Both the position numbers and the translations under genes were made by a program. Below, one piece after another: positions 48,690-63,268 of a stretch of DNA of 64,000 nt (the first letter of the stretch is position 1; every line of letters starts with the position of its first letter). Origin of the DNA: Okamejei kenojei (taxonomy: Eukaryota); the NCBI GenBank assembly GCA_035221665.1, contig CM069156.1:29450001-29514000 (forward strand). Direction: 5' to 3'. Below the pieces are notes generated by a model. The model was given only the letters and a program-made list of their open reading frames with translations. It did no database searches and was not told the origin of the DNA.

Positions 48690-50685
48690 GAATCATGAAA
48701 TGCCTGGATAGGGTAGATGTGGAGAGTTTCCACTGGTGGGAGAGTCTAGGGCCAGAGGGCACAGCCTCAGAATAAAAGGACGTATCTTTAGAAAGGAGAC
48801 AAGGAGGAATTTCTTTAGTCAGAGGATGGTGAATCTGTGGAATACGTTGCCATAGTCAGCTGTGGAGACCAAGTCATTGGATATTTTTAAACCAGAGATC
48901 GACAAGTTTTTGATTAGTAAGGATGTCAAAGGCTATGGGAAGGCAGGATAATGGGGTTGAAATGGAATGATAGATCAGCCATGATGGAATGGCAGAGTAG
49001 ACTCGATGGGCTACTGTGCCCACCATAATGTTTGGGACAATGAACCATCATTTATTTATTTGCATCTGTACTCCACAATTTGAGATTTGTAATAGAAAAA
49101 AAATAATAATTTATGGCTAAATTGCTCATTGTCAGATTTTAATAAAGGCCATTTTTATACATTTTGGTTTCACCATGTAGAAATTACAGCAGTGTTTTTA
49201 CATAGTGCCCCCATTTTAGGGCATCATAATGTTTGGGACACAGCAATGTCATGTAAATGAAAGTAGTCATATAGTCATATTTAGTATTTTATTGCATATC
49301 CTTTGCATGCAATGACTGCTTGAAGTCTGCAATTCATGGACATCACCAGCTGCTGGGTGTCTTCTCTGGTGCTGCTCTGCCAGGCATGTATTGCAGCCAT
49401 CTTTAGCTTATGCTTGTTTTGGGGGCTAGTCCCCTTCAGTTTTCTCTTCAGCATATAAAAGGCATGCTCAATTGGGTTCAGATCGGGTGATTGAGTTGGC
49501 CACTCAAGAATTGACAATTTTTTAACTTTGAAAAACTCCTTTGTTTTTAGCAGTATGTTTGGGATCAATGTCTTGCTGTAGAATGAACCACCGGCCAATG
49601 AGTTTTGAGGCATTTGTTTGAACTTGAGCAGATAAGATGTGTCTTTCCAGAATTCATTATGCTACTACCATCAGCAGTTGTATCATCAATGAAGATAAGT
49701 GAGCCAATACCTTCAGCAGCCATACATGCCCAGGCCATGACACCCCCACCATCGTGTTTCACAGATGAGGTGGTATGCTTTTGATCTTGGGCAGTTCCTT
49801 CTCTCCTCCATACTTTGCTCTTGACATCACTCTGATATAAGTTAATCTTCGTCTCATCTGTCCACAAGACCTTTTTCCAGAACTGTGGTACTTCTTGGCG
49901 AACTGTAACCTCGCCATCCCATTTTTGAAGCTAACCAGTGGTTTGCATATTGCAGTGTAGCCTCTGTATTTCTGTTTATGAAGTCTTCTGCAGACAGTGG
50001 TCATTGACAAATCCACACCCGACTCCTAAAGAGTGTTTCTGATCTGTCGGACAAGTGTGTGGGGATTCTTCTTTATTATAGAGAGAATTCTTCTGTCATC
50101 AGCTGTAGAGGTCTTCCTTGGCCTACCAGTCCCTTTGCATTTAGTAAGCTCACCAGTGCTCTTTCCTCTTAATGTTCCAAACAGTTGATTTTGGTAAGCC
50201 TAAGGTTTGGCTGATATCTCTTAACAGTTCTATTCTTGTTTGTCAGTTTCATAATGGCTTCTTTGACTTTCATTGGCACAACTTTGGTCCTCGTTGATAA
50301 ACAGCAATAAATGTTTCCAAATGCGATAGAAAGACTGGAGGAAAGACTAGGTGCTGAGAGCTCTCTTATACCTGCATTAAGGAGGCAATTAAACACACCT
50401 GAGCAATTACAAACGCCTGTGATTGCCATGAGTCCCAAACATTATGGTGTCCTGAATATTGGGGGGACTATGTATAAACACAGCTGTAATTCTGTGAAAC
50501 CAAAATATGTAATAATGGCCTTTATTAAAATCCGACAATGTACATTTTAACCACTTGATTATTTCTATTACAAATCTCAAATTGTGGAGCACAGAGGCAA
50601 ATAAATAAATGATGGGTCTTTGTCCCAAACATTATGGAGGGCATTGTAAATGGCCTAATTCTGCTCCTGTGACTCATGAACTTAT
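48690..50685 (+). mobile_element. CR1/HER1-type LINE 3' end split by the Tc1 insertion
   Basis: ...gactcgatgggc-TA-[Tc1]-TA-aatggcctaattctgctcct rejoins into a CR1-type 3' tail; upstream ...gggcacagcctcagaataaaagga...aatttctttagtcagagg. Confidence 0.85.
49014..50646 (-). mobile_element. Tc1-family transposon, same family, inverted orientation, TA target duplication
   Basis: TA|ctgtgcccaccataatg...cattatggagggcattg|TA; WTDETKINLY, GGGVMAW, WPTQSPDLNPIEH; frameshifted. Confidence 0.96.
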
Positions 50686-50943
50686 TTCCTCCTTTATGTA
50701 ATCCTCAGCTCCAAGTCCTCAATAATACCCATCTAGTCACTTGCTGGGATCTGTATGTGGGACAATAGAGCCATCAAACTTGGTCTACCATCATGCTTTG
50801 GATACGTATTCTTGAAACAATACTGACCCATTTTTAGAGAATTAAAAAAAATATTTCCAAAGTAAAAGAAACCCAAGTGATGGCTTTATACGTGAAATTA
50901 ATTTGCAGAAGTAGAATAATATATTTAATACTGTTCGTGATCA

Positions 50944-51370
50944 CTTCTTCTTCTTGCCTATGGCGTGCACAGCCTAAAGTTGCAGATCAAGGGTAGGCAT
51001 CCAAGCCAGGGCAGCATCAGTTACTGCCTCACCTGCTGAGTTTCTCCAGCTTTTTGTCTACCTTCAGTTACTGAGTGGATGGCTTTGATGTCCCCAGGGA
51101 AAAGCCTCAGTGGGCAGTCATTCACGATGTGTGGGATGGTCTGGTCTGGATGTCCGCAGACGCAAGCAGGGCTGTATGTCATCCCCCACTTATGCAGGTG
51201 ATGGGCTGTTCTTGCATGGAGGGTGCAGGGATGTTCAGGGTTAACCATTGCTTGCGATGGAGGTCAAAACCCGGTGGTTCTACTGTGGGGTCTGTGATGA
51301 CCTCTCCGTTGTTGGTGTCTTTCCAGGCTTTGCGCCCAAACAGCCCAAATCGACTTAAACAAGTAGGCTG
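50944..51370 (-). mobile_element. Vingi/Ingi-like LINE 3' end with (GAA)n tail
   Basis: DPTVEPPGFDLHRKQW, LHKWG..SPACVCG..QTIPHIVNDCP; tail cgccataggcaagaagaagaag. A short Penelope-derived piece sits between TCAGTTACTG repeats (51017-51026, 51064-51073). Confidence 0.7.
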
Positions 51371-51610
51371 TCATCAAATGTTGAGTCACTATGTTGTGCA
51401 AGCATTTTGTTCGTAATACAATCCCATCAAAGTGCTACTGTCATAGCAACATCCTCAGCAAATGGAGATAATTAATCAAAATACCCCTCACTACTAGTTG
51501 AAAAGGAGAGAAAATTCAATTTATTAAACTACAACTATCAATTAGTATTACAATAGTACATAACAAGGCAAAGACATTGAATAATAAAAAAAATTGGAAA
51601 GTACCCGTAC

Positions 51611-51687
51611 TTTGATGTTTCAGGGAGTCCAGCAGAAAGTTCCAGAAACACTGACAAGTAATTTCCACGCACTACTCCATTTCCATC
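51611..51687 (-). CDS. TRIM37: TRIM37 exon ~12 (MATH)
   Basis: tttcag|GATGGA...TCAAA|gtacgg; 77 nt; [25 protein letters not shown](K). Confidence 0.97.
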
Positions 51688-51960
51688 CTGAAATAGAATG
51701 AACAACTTTAATTTGGAACTTAAAATGCAAGCACTAATATTTAATTAGAAAAATTTAAATCACAAATTTGTTTAAATAATGATGCTCTGTGCAACGCAAA
51801 GATCCCAAACTGCAGGCTGCATCCACCAAAGATAGACACAAAAAGCTGGAGTTACTCAGCGGGACAGCATCTCTAGAGAGAAGGAAAGGGTGATGTTTCA
51901 GGTCGGGATCCTTTTCCAGCCAACCTATGGAAGTCTGAAGCCCTAATCAGTCTGAAGAAT

Positions 51961-52783
51961 AGACAATAGCAGAAGGAGTAGGCCATTTGGCCCTTCGAGC
52001 CAGCACCGCCATTGAATGTGATCATGGCTGATCATCCACAATCAGTACCCCATTCCTGCCTTCTCCCCATATCCCCTGACTCCGTTATCTTTAAGAGCCC
52101 TATCAAGCTCTCTCTTGAAAGTATCCAGAGAACCTGCCTCCACCACCCTCCGGGGCAGAGAATTCCAGACTCACAACTCTCATGATGTTAGATGGAGAAC
52201 ACACATACATACACATGGTCATCTGGAATTTGTCACACAAACAAGCGACATAACCAACTATTACACAGAGGGCATTAATCAAGCAGGAATTTCCAAATAA
52301 GCACATTAATGCATTGCAGTATCACATGGGGAAAGTGGCAATATCAACTCATTTTTTGTCTGTCAAAGGACGCAGGAGTAGGCCATTCGGCTCTTCGAAC
52401 CAGCACCGTCATTCAACGTGATCATGGCTGATCATCCACAATCAGTACCCCGTTCCTGCCTTCTCCCCATATCCCTTGACTCCACTATCTTTAAGAGCCC
52501 TATCAAGCTCTCTCTTGAAAGTATCCAGAGAACCAGCCTCCACCGCTCTCTGAGGCAGAGAATTCCACAGGCTCACAACTCTGTGTGTAAAAGTGTTTCC
52601 TCATCTCCATTCTAAATGCCTTACCCCTTATTCTTAAACTGTGGCCCCCGGTTCTGGACTCCCCCAACATCGGGAACATGTTTCCTGCCTTTAGCATGTC
52701 CAAACCCTTAATAATCCTATATGTTTCAATAATATCTCCTCATCCTTTTAAATTCCAGAGTATACAAGCCTAGCGCTCCATTC
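51961..52783 (-). mobile_element. Two tandem CR1 3'-end fragments separated by ~185 bp unique sequence
   Basis: ~51975-52180 and ~52374-52580 are near-identical (aggagtaggccatt...ctcacaactct). Confidence 0.85.
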
Positions 52784-53071
52784 TCGACCCGAAACGTCAC
52801 CCATTCCTTCTCTCCAGAGATGTTGCTGCCCCTCTGAGTTACTCCAGCATTTTGTGTCGAAGTGTTTTCTGCCCTTGGCTATTTCACAGTTCTACCCATA
52901 CCGATTCTTCAGCATCCAAGGTAATGTCTCTCCTTGCAATTGCATTAATCTCCTCTTTAACCAGCAAAACCACCCCACCTCTTCCTTGCTGTCTACCCTT
53001 CCTGAATATTGAATACTCCTTACTTCCTACACAGCTCCACAAACCAACACTAGAAATAATTAAAAAGTTCA

Positions 53072-53452
<381 letters not shown>

Positions 53453-55662
53453 TCACATTATTATTTTAAAACCAGAATGCATGTTACATTCAGAAAATAT
53501 TAAAACTCAACTTCAACACAAGACTCCCTGCTTGGAATAAAAAGGAGAATAATTCTATACACGTATTAAAATGGGATAACAAGTGGTAGTGTGTCTTCGT
53601 AACTACAGCAAGTGCCTTGATTTCCAACTCTAAACACACAAATCACCAGGAAAGAAAGTCAAAAGAGAAAAGGGCACAAAATGCCATTGCTATGGGTTTT
53701 GTTCTTCAATCTGCCTATGATTCACCAACTGAACAAGCTTCAGGGCAAGGAGACATCTGCAACTTGGTTCATGAAGAATCGTGCTTGACGAAATAATTTC
53801 CAAGTTACTTGGAAGGATCCAAATTCTGACTTCTAGATCCAAAGTAGTAGTTTATCACCACAGCACTGGACTGCTTTCTTACAAATTCAATTAACCAAAT
53901 TAAATAGTAGTGCCTGTTATGATTCATTGCTAAACATGTATAGCTTGCATTTATAAAGAATTAATGTTAAACTATCAATCCAAATCAATGCTTTTATATT
54001 TTGGGGCATGCTTAACAATTATAGATATTGATTAAAACAATAAATAATGTGACATTCAATATACAAAGGCGTAATACATTCAATATGCAAAGGCGTAATA
54101 CCAAGGCATCAAAATAAATTCAGGAGAAAGATAAATCCATTAAAGACTGATATAGAAATTTAATCAACAAATTTATCCAAATGCTTTAAGAGACAGCACT
54201 AGAATATTTGGCATGAAGGCGCAAGTCTTGTGTGACTTTGCAAAGTAAACTCCGAAAGGTTACTGTATTTATGGAAAAAAGAGATCAGCCAAGGTTAATG
54301 CAAGTTTCCCACTTAGCAACATAGGAGATAGGAGAAATTGTGCGGAGAATAACAAATCGCTTTCTCAAGACATTGTATTAAAAAAGTATCTTGCTTGTAT
54401 TCCACAAATTCATCCTCCATTTCAGGAAATTATTAAATAGGGCAACTTTAATTCTGCCAATTTGATTTTTTTTCTGTACGTTAACTCCATTCATCCACAC
54501 ATTGGAAGCAATTTACAGAGGCCAATTGACCTACACATCTTGAGGTTGTCGGAGAAAACTGGAGCACACAGAGGAAAAACACACGGTCACAGAGAAAATG
54601 GACGAACACCCCAAAGATAGTACCCAAGTGTCAATGAAGCAGCTGCTCTACCTATGTGCACTGTCCATTTGATGTGGCCGTTGTTTCTGCTGATCTACTT
54701 TTCTAACCTACTTATTACTCTGTTTCTTTCCTCACGTACAAGATCATTGTAACAAAAATTCTTACAAGGTTTGACTGCGTAGGTGTAGAATTCATGCCTA
54801 TCTTGTGGAAGCAAAGGGGTAGTTAATGTTTTGGGTTGAGACCCTGCATTTGCAGTCTCGCGCTTCCCATTGATGCTTATCCTGGTTGGGAAGTCCAGAA
54901 CTAGAAATCATAGTTTCAATATAAAGGGGTACCATTTCTACACTCAGCCCAGAAGAAATTTCTTCGCTCAGAAGGTGACAATTATTTTTAGTTCTCTACC
55001 CAAAAGGGCAGTGGTGGCTGCATCCAAGAGTGCAATTCTACAGATATTTTAATATTCATGTGGTATGGAGTTGATACAAGAAAGTCGTATCATAATCTTA
55101 CTAAATGGCAGAAAAATCACGAAGAAATATCCTACGCCGGCTGCTATTTTTTCGTTTTGTGTGCTAACATTTGACAAACCTGTATCAAGAAAGGAAAGGT
55201 CCATGCAAATATAAACATTTCTATCATAAAAGCAGACCACTTCTTTTGCACTGACAAATTTTAATATTGAGGATGTATTATTCCCCCAATTAAAAAAAAT
55301 TACTACATTATATCAGTTGTTTCCTTTTCTCAGTCCCACCTTTCCTTCCCATTCTCTACTGCCTTTTCTGTTCATTTTAGATTGATTCTATTCCAACCAC
55401 TTCATTTCTAACCTACACTTCTCGTTTTAACTGTGTGCCTCTGTAACAGACCTTTCAATTAGATTGGTCATGGAGCTGCTCAGGTGCTTGTTCAGACATT
55501 CCCAAAAATGGCTTTCAAAGTCACATAAAGCTCTGGTGCAATGATCCATAAAATGGTATGCGAGCAAGTGCAGTGAACAGCTGGTGCCATTTGCTTGCTA
55601 TTGATAAAGCCAACAAGTGTTACGACTGTTGAAAAATACTGTTAAAGGAAATAAACCATTAC

Positions 55663-55713
55663 CTGAAATTTGACAGGACAAATGTGCTGAAGTCATATGC
55701 AGGAACCAGTTCA
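55663..55713 (-). CDS. TRIM37: TRIM37 exon ~10 (MATH/TRAF domain start)
   Basis: aatag|TGAACTG...TTCAG|gtaatg; 51 nt; (S)ELVPAYDFSTFVLSNF(S). Confidence 0.95.
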
Positions 55714-57018
55714 CTATTTAAAAAAAAAGATTTAAAAATAGCACCATTGACATCAATTTGTTTATTTAGGCAATTAAGACCACATGTACCCAGTCATGGC
55801 AACAGAATGCAAAAACAGTCCTCAAACATTAATCCAATGTATACTTCAATACCAAGCCACTTTTCTACTTGAATATACAAAATACATATATACAGAGTGT
55901 TTGCATATTTATTTGCATAGCTCCCCAACTTCATCGGGTTTGTTGTGCCAGCTTTATTTGCAAGTAGAAATAAGCAGAGTACAAAGCGCTGTAGTAACCC
56001 AGTGGGTCAGGCAGCATCTGTAGAGAGAATGGAGGCCCATCCATCCGCTCTGTAGATGCTGCCTGATGCGCCGAGTTCCTCCAGCACTGTGTTTTGCTCA
56101 AGAACCCTGCATCTACAGTTCAATTAATTGTGAAGAATGTTTGCAGGTGCAATTAAGGAGATCAACTTCTGAGGGCGAAATACTTATCATGTTGCTCTTC
56201 ATTTCTGTGTTGCTCATCTAAATATCAAAGCAGGAATTTATTAGGGACGATACTGTTGAAGGGCGAAACAAATGTAAAATTTGACACAAAAAGAAAATGT
56301 GGGAGGGGGCAGAACAAACAAATTTAAAAAAATAATTGAATTTCATTGTGCATTACTGCATCCTTTCCATAACCATCCAATTACAATACCGTTATTTAGC
56401 AACATCACCTGCACTTTCCAATTTCAGACACTAGAGCACTCCAGCGCTAAGACAATATTCAAACACAACTCCTAACTTATTGAGCCACAAATTTCCAAAG
56501 CTGCCATTTATCTTCCACCAAAAAATGTGAACAACATGAAGCAAATGCAGATCTGGCACCACAGACTTCTGGGTAAGTCTCATTTGTGTTTTTAAAAAAA
56601 GTCAATAATCTTCATTGAGCAATTGCAGCCAGTCTTGTACCACAAAGCAACCACTAGATGGGGTACTAACCACCAGTTCCTTCGTGAGAGGGAAAACTGC
56701 TACTTTCCACTGCATTTGAGATCAGAGTTTACTCAGTGTATCATTGAGTTACGGAAAGGGCATTGCATTTCTTACAATTCCAGAACAGTGGGCAGTTAAA
56801 AAGAATTAATAGTAAATACTAATTTCTCAAATTAGACTACAAACAACTACTAATTATCCTATACTTCCACCCCTTGAGACAAGAAATTATAGTAATATAA
56901 AACTAATATTTTTTCCCTTCCTTCCACAACTACATTATCCCCCATAAAACACCAAGCCTAATCCTCAAGCAAACCACAATTGAACACCAAAAAAATAGAA
57001 ACACTGATAATCCAGTCA

Positions 57019-57612
<594 letters not shown>

Positions 57613-57741
57613 TCACAAACTCAAAATAACCCAGGAAAGATATATTTATAATGGACATGGATCAGCCATGCACTGCTCAACGGATGTGCCAACCACACCA
57701 ATGCAACAAATGGTTTAACATCACTTTTTTTTGTTAATCTA

Positions 57742-57894
<153 letters not shown>

Positions 57895-59194
57895 TTAAAG
57901 TCGGCCTGCATAGAGAGATTTATACATTTATTACTCAGAGTTTATGCTATTATAATGGCATTGACAAGTATACCCAGAATGTCCTTTTCATTCCTACAGC
58001 AAGAGGGCTCTGTGATAAGGGTCAGATAATCTCCAGATAATATAGAAATAATACATCAACATTTAAATTGCCTCTGTCGGCAACAAATCTCTGGAGGCAT
58101 TTATGGTGACAGAATCAGTCTGTTCAACAGGTAATCATTAGTTTTCTTGTGGGTGCATTTAACTGGTCAGAAACTAGTGAATTAACGGGTGCTTAATTAT
58201 TGAAGTTCACGACACAGGAAGTGGTCAACCTCATCCATGCCAGCCACAAACGGACTAAATTAATATCACTAACTAGTCTTGCTCGATAATCTCGGGAACT
58301 AGGGGTCTACAAGTGATTATCCATGTACTTTTTAAAAATGGAATAACGACTTGTATCCACCACCTTCCGTTCCAGATTCCCACTCCTTGAATGAAAAAAT
58401 AAATACTCTTACCAATTCACTATGCCCATCTGTTACTTCCTGTTAAGGGAAATAAATCATTCCTGTTCATCCTCGGTCTCAATTTTATATAACTCAGTCA
58501 ATACTCCCCTAAATCTTTAAGCCATAGATACTAGTCTCCCCACAACTAAACTCTCCAGTCCTGAGAACAACCTTAAATCTCTAATGGTACCACATTCTTA
58601 CTGTAATGTGGCACCCAGTACTCCAACTAATGTCATTGTTTAAAAAAAAACATTTCCAGTATTTTATGACTACCCACCCAGTTTCCTTCAGGAATAAGTG
58701 CTCATCTAACTAGTCCACAGCTATCTTCCTGGAGCTTGGAATCATCTTATGCACTGTGGTATCAATGACAAACTTCTATAGTGCAGGGAGTGTGAACAAA
58801 TTAAAATAATTCCTGTGTACATCGCACAAGGCAAAGAAAGGCCTCAGTGCAGAACCCCACTGTATACCATAAAACTCTGATCAAACATTATCCATTGCTA
58901 TCCCTCACCGAGAAGTTTTTAAATTCAACTTTCTACTTTTGCTTGGATCCCATTTGTTTTTACTTTCTTGGTCAATTTGCCTTATGAAACTTCAGCAAAT
59001 ATCTACCAACATTGCATCAAATGTGTGACTCGCAATGATATGCCTAAAAAAATTTGAAGTGTTAGTCAGGAGCAACCTTCTCTTAACAAATCTATGTTGA
59101 CTGCTTGATCGACTTGCACCTGTAAACTCGGTCCATCAGAGCTTTCCCAATTTGCTAAACACCCACGTTAGCCTGACTTTAATTAACTGTTTTA

Positions 59195-59365
<171 letters not shown>

Positions 59366-61009
59366 CTAGGTACAAAATAAATATAATTCAATCTATACCA
59401 TCAGTAAATAAAGCTTTTTTTAAAAAAAATAAGCATGGAACTTGCAGCATGCCAACAGGCCCCGATATTGACACACCACACAAGATCCTACACGCTAGCC
59501 TATAGACAATGCTTTTACAACTTTTTAAATCAGCACCAAGCTGCGGCTTAAATTGATTTTCACTGTTCACTCAACAATTCCTAAAGTCAATGAATTCCAT
59601 ACTTGATTAGCATTTCAATTCCAAGTAAACAAATTCTCTACTACATTTATTAATGAAAATCTACTATCCCAAGATAGATTTTTTTTAAACCTGTAAATTC
59701 ACATCTACAAAATGTTCTGACATAATTAGAACATTAGGGGTTTGATTAACTATACACTCTATCTATATGCTCTTAAATAAGTTTTAAAAAGCAAGTAGTA
59801 GGACACTAAATGCCAGTTTAATGTTAAGACTCAATTAAAAAAAAAACATATTTCACTTATATCTAATGAGCATTCTACAGTTTATAGTAATTTACATTGT
59901 ACAGTTTAAGGATTTGAACAATGTTGGTAAATGTAGCATTTATTGCCCAGCCCTAATGGATCTCAAAAAAGTGGTGATGAGCCAATTTTTTTAACTGCTG
60001 GAATCCTTGAAATGAAAGTACTCCTACTGTGTCATTGGGTAGGGTACTACTGTAAGCAATTATGGTGACAAATGCTACATTGCCCTTTATTGCAAAAGGA
60101 GTTATATATGAGTAGAGATTCTTGTTGCACAGAGGACCCTAGCAAGACTACAATTGGAATATCATGAACTGGGCTCCATCTTGTGATTGATTGCAAAAAA
60201 TCACTACGTTGATTTCTGGGATGGCAAGATTTTCAAAGGGGCGATTAAATAAACTATCTAGAGTTGAGAAATGAGAGATGACCTCATTAACACATACAAA
60301 ATCCATTCAGGACTTGACAAACTGAACGCAGACATGACTGTTTTTCCCTTCTTGCCTGGGATATCTACAACCAGAGATCAGAGCATCCCAAGGAACTGGC
60401 CTTTCAGAAACATCTGCACCTATAGGTAACCTTTGGAATTCTCTATCCAATAACTGTTGGGGCTCAGTCTCCTGGGCTAGTGGAGGGGAATCACACTAAA
60501 TAGTTATTTACCTCATCTGGTCTGTGGAAATCATTGAACAAACTGGCCACAGCATGTATCTACATCACAGCAACTATTCATCAGCACTTTCTTGGTTGTG
60601 CTAGGACATGGATATAACAGTGCCTTACATTCTAGCGAGCCTTTTAAACCTGGAACTACACAAGTGCCCGAGTCACCGAGTGCCATAGGACTGCACAAAC
60701 AGTGAATATGCTCTCTGTATAAGAGCCAAAAGAAAAATAGACACTTTCCTGCTTCCTCGTGCCATTCATTTATAGTGCAAAATTCCACTGTAAAAACAAA
60801 CAACCCGTAAAATTTGAAAGCATTGTTTCAACTTTTAACAGCTTGTAGGCCCAGAGAATTAGGGAATGCCAATTCCCATTGGTGGAAAATAAAACAGAAA
60901 CCTTGCTTCCTAATGAACAGATCTGCTGAAAAGCATTTGGTCTATTTATAATATATACTGTACCGATCCTATTGCAATTAATGAAGACAAGGACCTGCCA
61001 TAATACACA

Positions 61010-61530
61010 AATCACAAAGTGCTGGAGTAATTTAAATCAGGCAGCATCAGTGAAGGAAATGGATAGGTGACATTTCAATTTGGGACCCTTCTTCTGACAG
61101 ATGGTATTGGGGGTGGGGGACAGTGAAGAAGAAAGCTGGCAAGAAGGTGGGAGCAGGACAAAGCCTGGCAAATGAAAAGTGGATACAGGCGAGAGGGTTT
61201 GATTGACTGATTGGTGGAGTGACAGAGGCCGGAAATGAAAAGGCCAAAGAGTGTCAGATAAGGAGAGAAGAGTGAAATGTAAAGCCAGCATGGGGGATAT
61301 ATGCTGGGGAAGATATAGAGATGTGTGGGATATTGGGAGAAATTAGTATGCACCAGGATGGGGGCACTGAAAGGGATAGGAGCAGATGTTAGTTCAAATT
61401 AAATAATTCATGCCAATGCATTGTAAGCTACCCAAGTGGAATACGAGGTGCTGTACCTCCATTTTGCATGTGGCTTCACTCTGGCAATGGAGGTAGCCCT
61501 GGACCGAAAGGTCACAATGAGTGGGGGGGA
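61010..61530 (-). mobile_element. Penelope-like 3' fragment
   Basis: Terminal motif gctggagtaa...caggcagcatc...ggtgacatttc plus GIY-YIG C-terminal remnant (ctctggcaatggagg, gctacccaag). Confidence 0.7.
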
Positions 61531-62065
61531 GGAGTTATTACATATAATATTTCCTAGAGCATGATATTGCCTTTATATTTTCATAATCAACTTCAAATAC
61601 AAAGACAATCCAATGTTTTGGAGATTGAGGCAAAACAAATTGCAAGCCAAATATGTTGAAAACAATGTAGTGAGACAAAAGGAAAAGGGACTCAAATTAA
61701 GAATTTGTGGGGTTGGGAAGTAATGACAAAATAAAGCTGAGCAAGATCAGAGAGATGGGGAGATTTAAGAATGATCAAAATTACTTTGCATCTGAGCAGA
61801 AAGTTTATATACAATCGTGCAAGAAAGGAGAAAACAAAGTCAATGCTGCAGGTGATCTTTACTACATTTATTGTATGAAAAATATATCCACATATTCTCC
61901 CAAGTGCTAATGTAAACTGTGTCCTGCAAGAAGGATAAAATTGTCATCCAAAATCCAGATCAGGCAAGGACTGGATAGGAACACAGGACATACAGAATCC
62001 GGATAAACAACTTTGGGTTATGTGGTCAAGCCAAGTGGATCAGCCTTTCCCCTTTAGCACCTTAC

Positions 62066-62188
62066 CACTTCTTGGACTAAACTTATCAGCTCCATCAGTC
62101 GACGTCGCAACTTCGCCACTTCATCATTCACCTTGGTAACATGTTGATCATAAATCTCAACTAATGGTTTGAACGTGTGGCCTCCATG
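62066..62188 (-). CDS. TRIM37: TRIM37 exon ~6 (B-box end / coiled coil)
   Basis: ttttcatttcag|CATGGAGG...GAAGTG|gtaag; 123 nt; HGGHTFKPLVEIYDQHVTKVNDEVAKLRRRLMELISLVQEV. Confidence 0.97.
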
Positions 62189-62419
62189 CTGAAATGAAAA
62201 CAGAGAATCACTATTTGAAAGAGGAAAGAGAAAGCTGAACAATGATTTATGAGCAAAAGCGCAGGTGCCCTTGCTTCCATTTCTTTTGTCCTTATTTACA
62301 CAACAGCTGAAGGCGAAGGAAATAAATGGGGCATTGCAGGTGAATTAAGAACCGCATGACAACTCTAGCTAGGCAGAATTTGTTTAATATTTCCTTCGTA
62401 CTTACCAAAGAGAAATGAG

Positions 62420-63268
62420 TTAGAGTATAGAAGTGAGATCGAGCGACTGTCCTCATAGTACCAGCACAATAACCTGGCCCTCAACACCAGCAAAACCAAG
62501 GAACTGATTGTGGACTTTGGAAGGAGTAGGATGGGGATCCACAGTCCTGTTTATATCATTGGGTCGATGGTTGAAAAGGTCAAGAGCTTCAAATTCCTCG
62601 GCGTGCACATCTCTGAAGATCTTTTCTGGTCCGAGAACACCGATGCAATTATTAAAAAAGCACATCAGCGCATCTACTTCCTGAGAAGATTTACGGAGAG
62701 TTGGTTTGTCAAGGAGGACTCCAACTCCTACAGGTGCACAGTAGAGAGCATGCTGACCGGTTGCATCGTGGCTTGGTTCGGCAACTTGAGCGCCCTGGAG
62801 AGGAAAAGACTACAAAAAGTAGTAAACGCTGTCCAGTCCATCATCGGCTCTGACCTCCCTTCCATCGAGGGGATCTATCGCAGTCTCTGCCTCTAAAAGG
62901 CTAACAGTATCATCATGTGCTGGTACTATGAGGACACCATCTTGGCCACGCACTCATGTCCCTGCTACCTTCAGGTAGAAGGTACAGGAGCCTGAAGACT
63001 GCAATGTCCAGGTTCAGGAATAGCTACTTCCTCACAGCCATCATTAAACTTGGCTCGGACAAAACTCTGAACATTAATAGCCCATTATCTGTTATTTGCA
63101 CTTTTATCAGTTTATTTATTCATGTGTGTATATATTTATATAATGGTATATGGACACACTGATCTGTTTGTAGTCAATGCCTACTATGTTCTGTTGTGCT
63201 GAAGTAAAGCAAGAATTTCATTGTCCTATCAGGGACACATGACAATAAACTGTCTTGAATCTTGAATT
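62420..63268 (+). mobile_element. Rex1/Babar-clade LINE 3' end
   Basis: KTKELIVDF, FKFLGVHI, KKAHQRIYFLRR, LLPSGRRYRS; aataaac...tcttgaatcttgaa tail. Confidence 0.9.
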
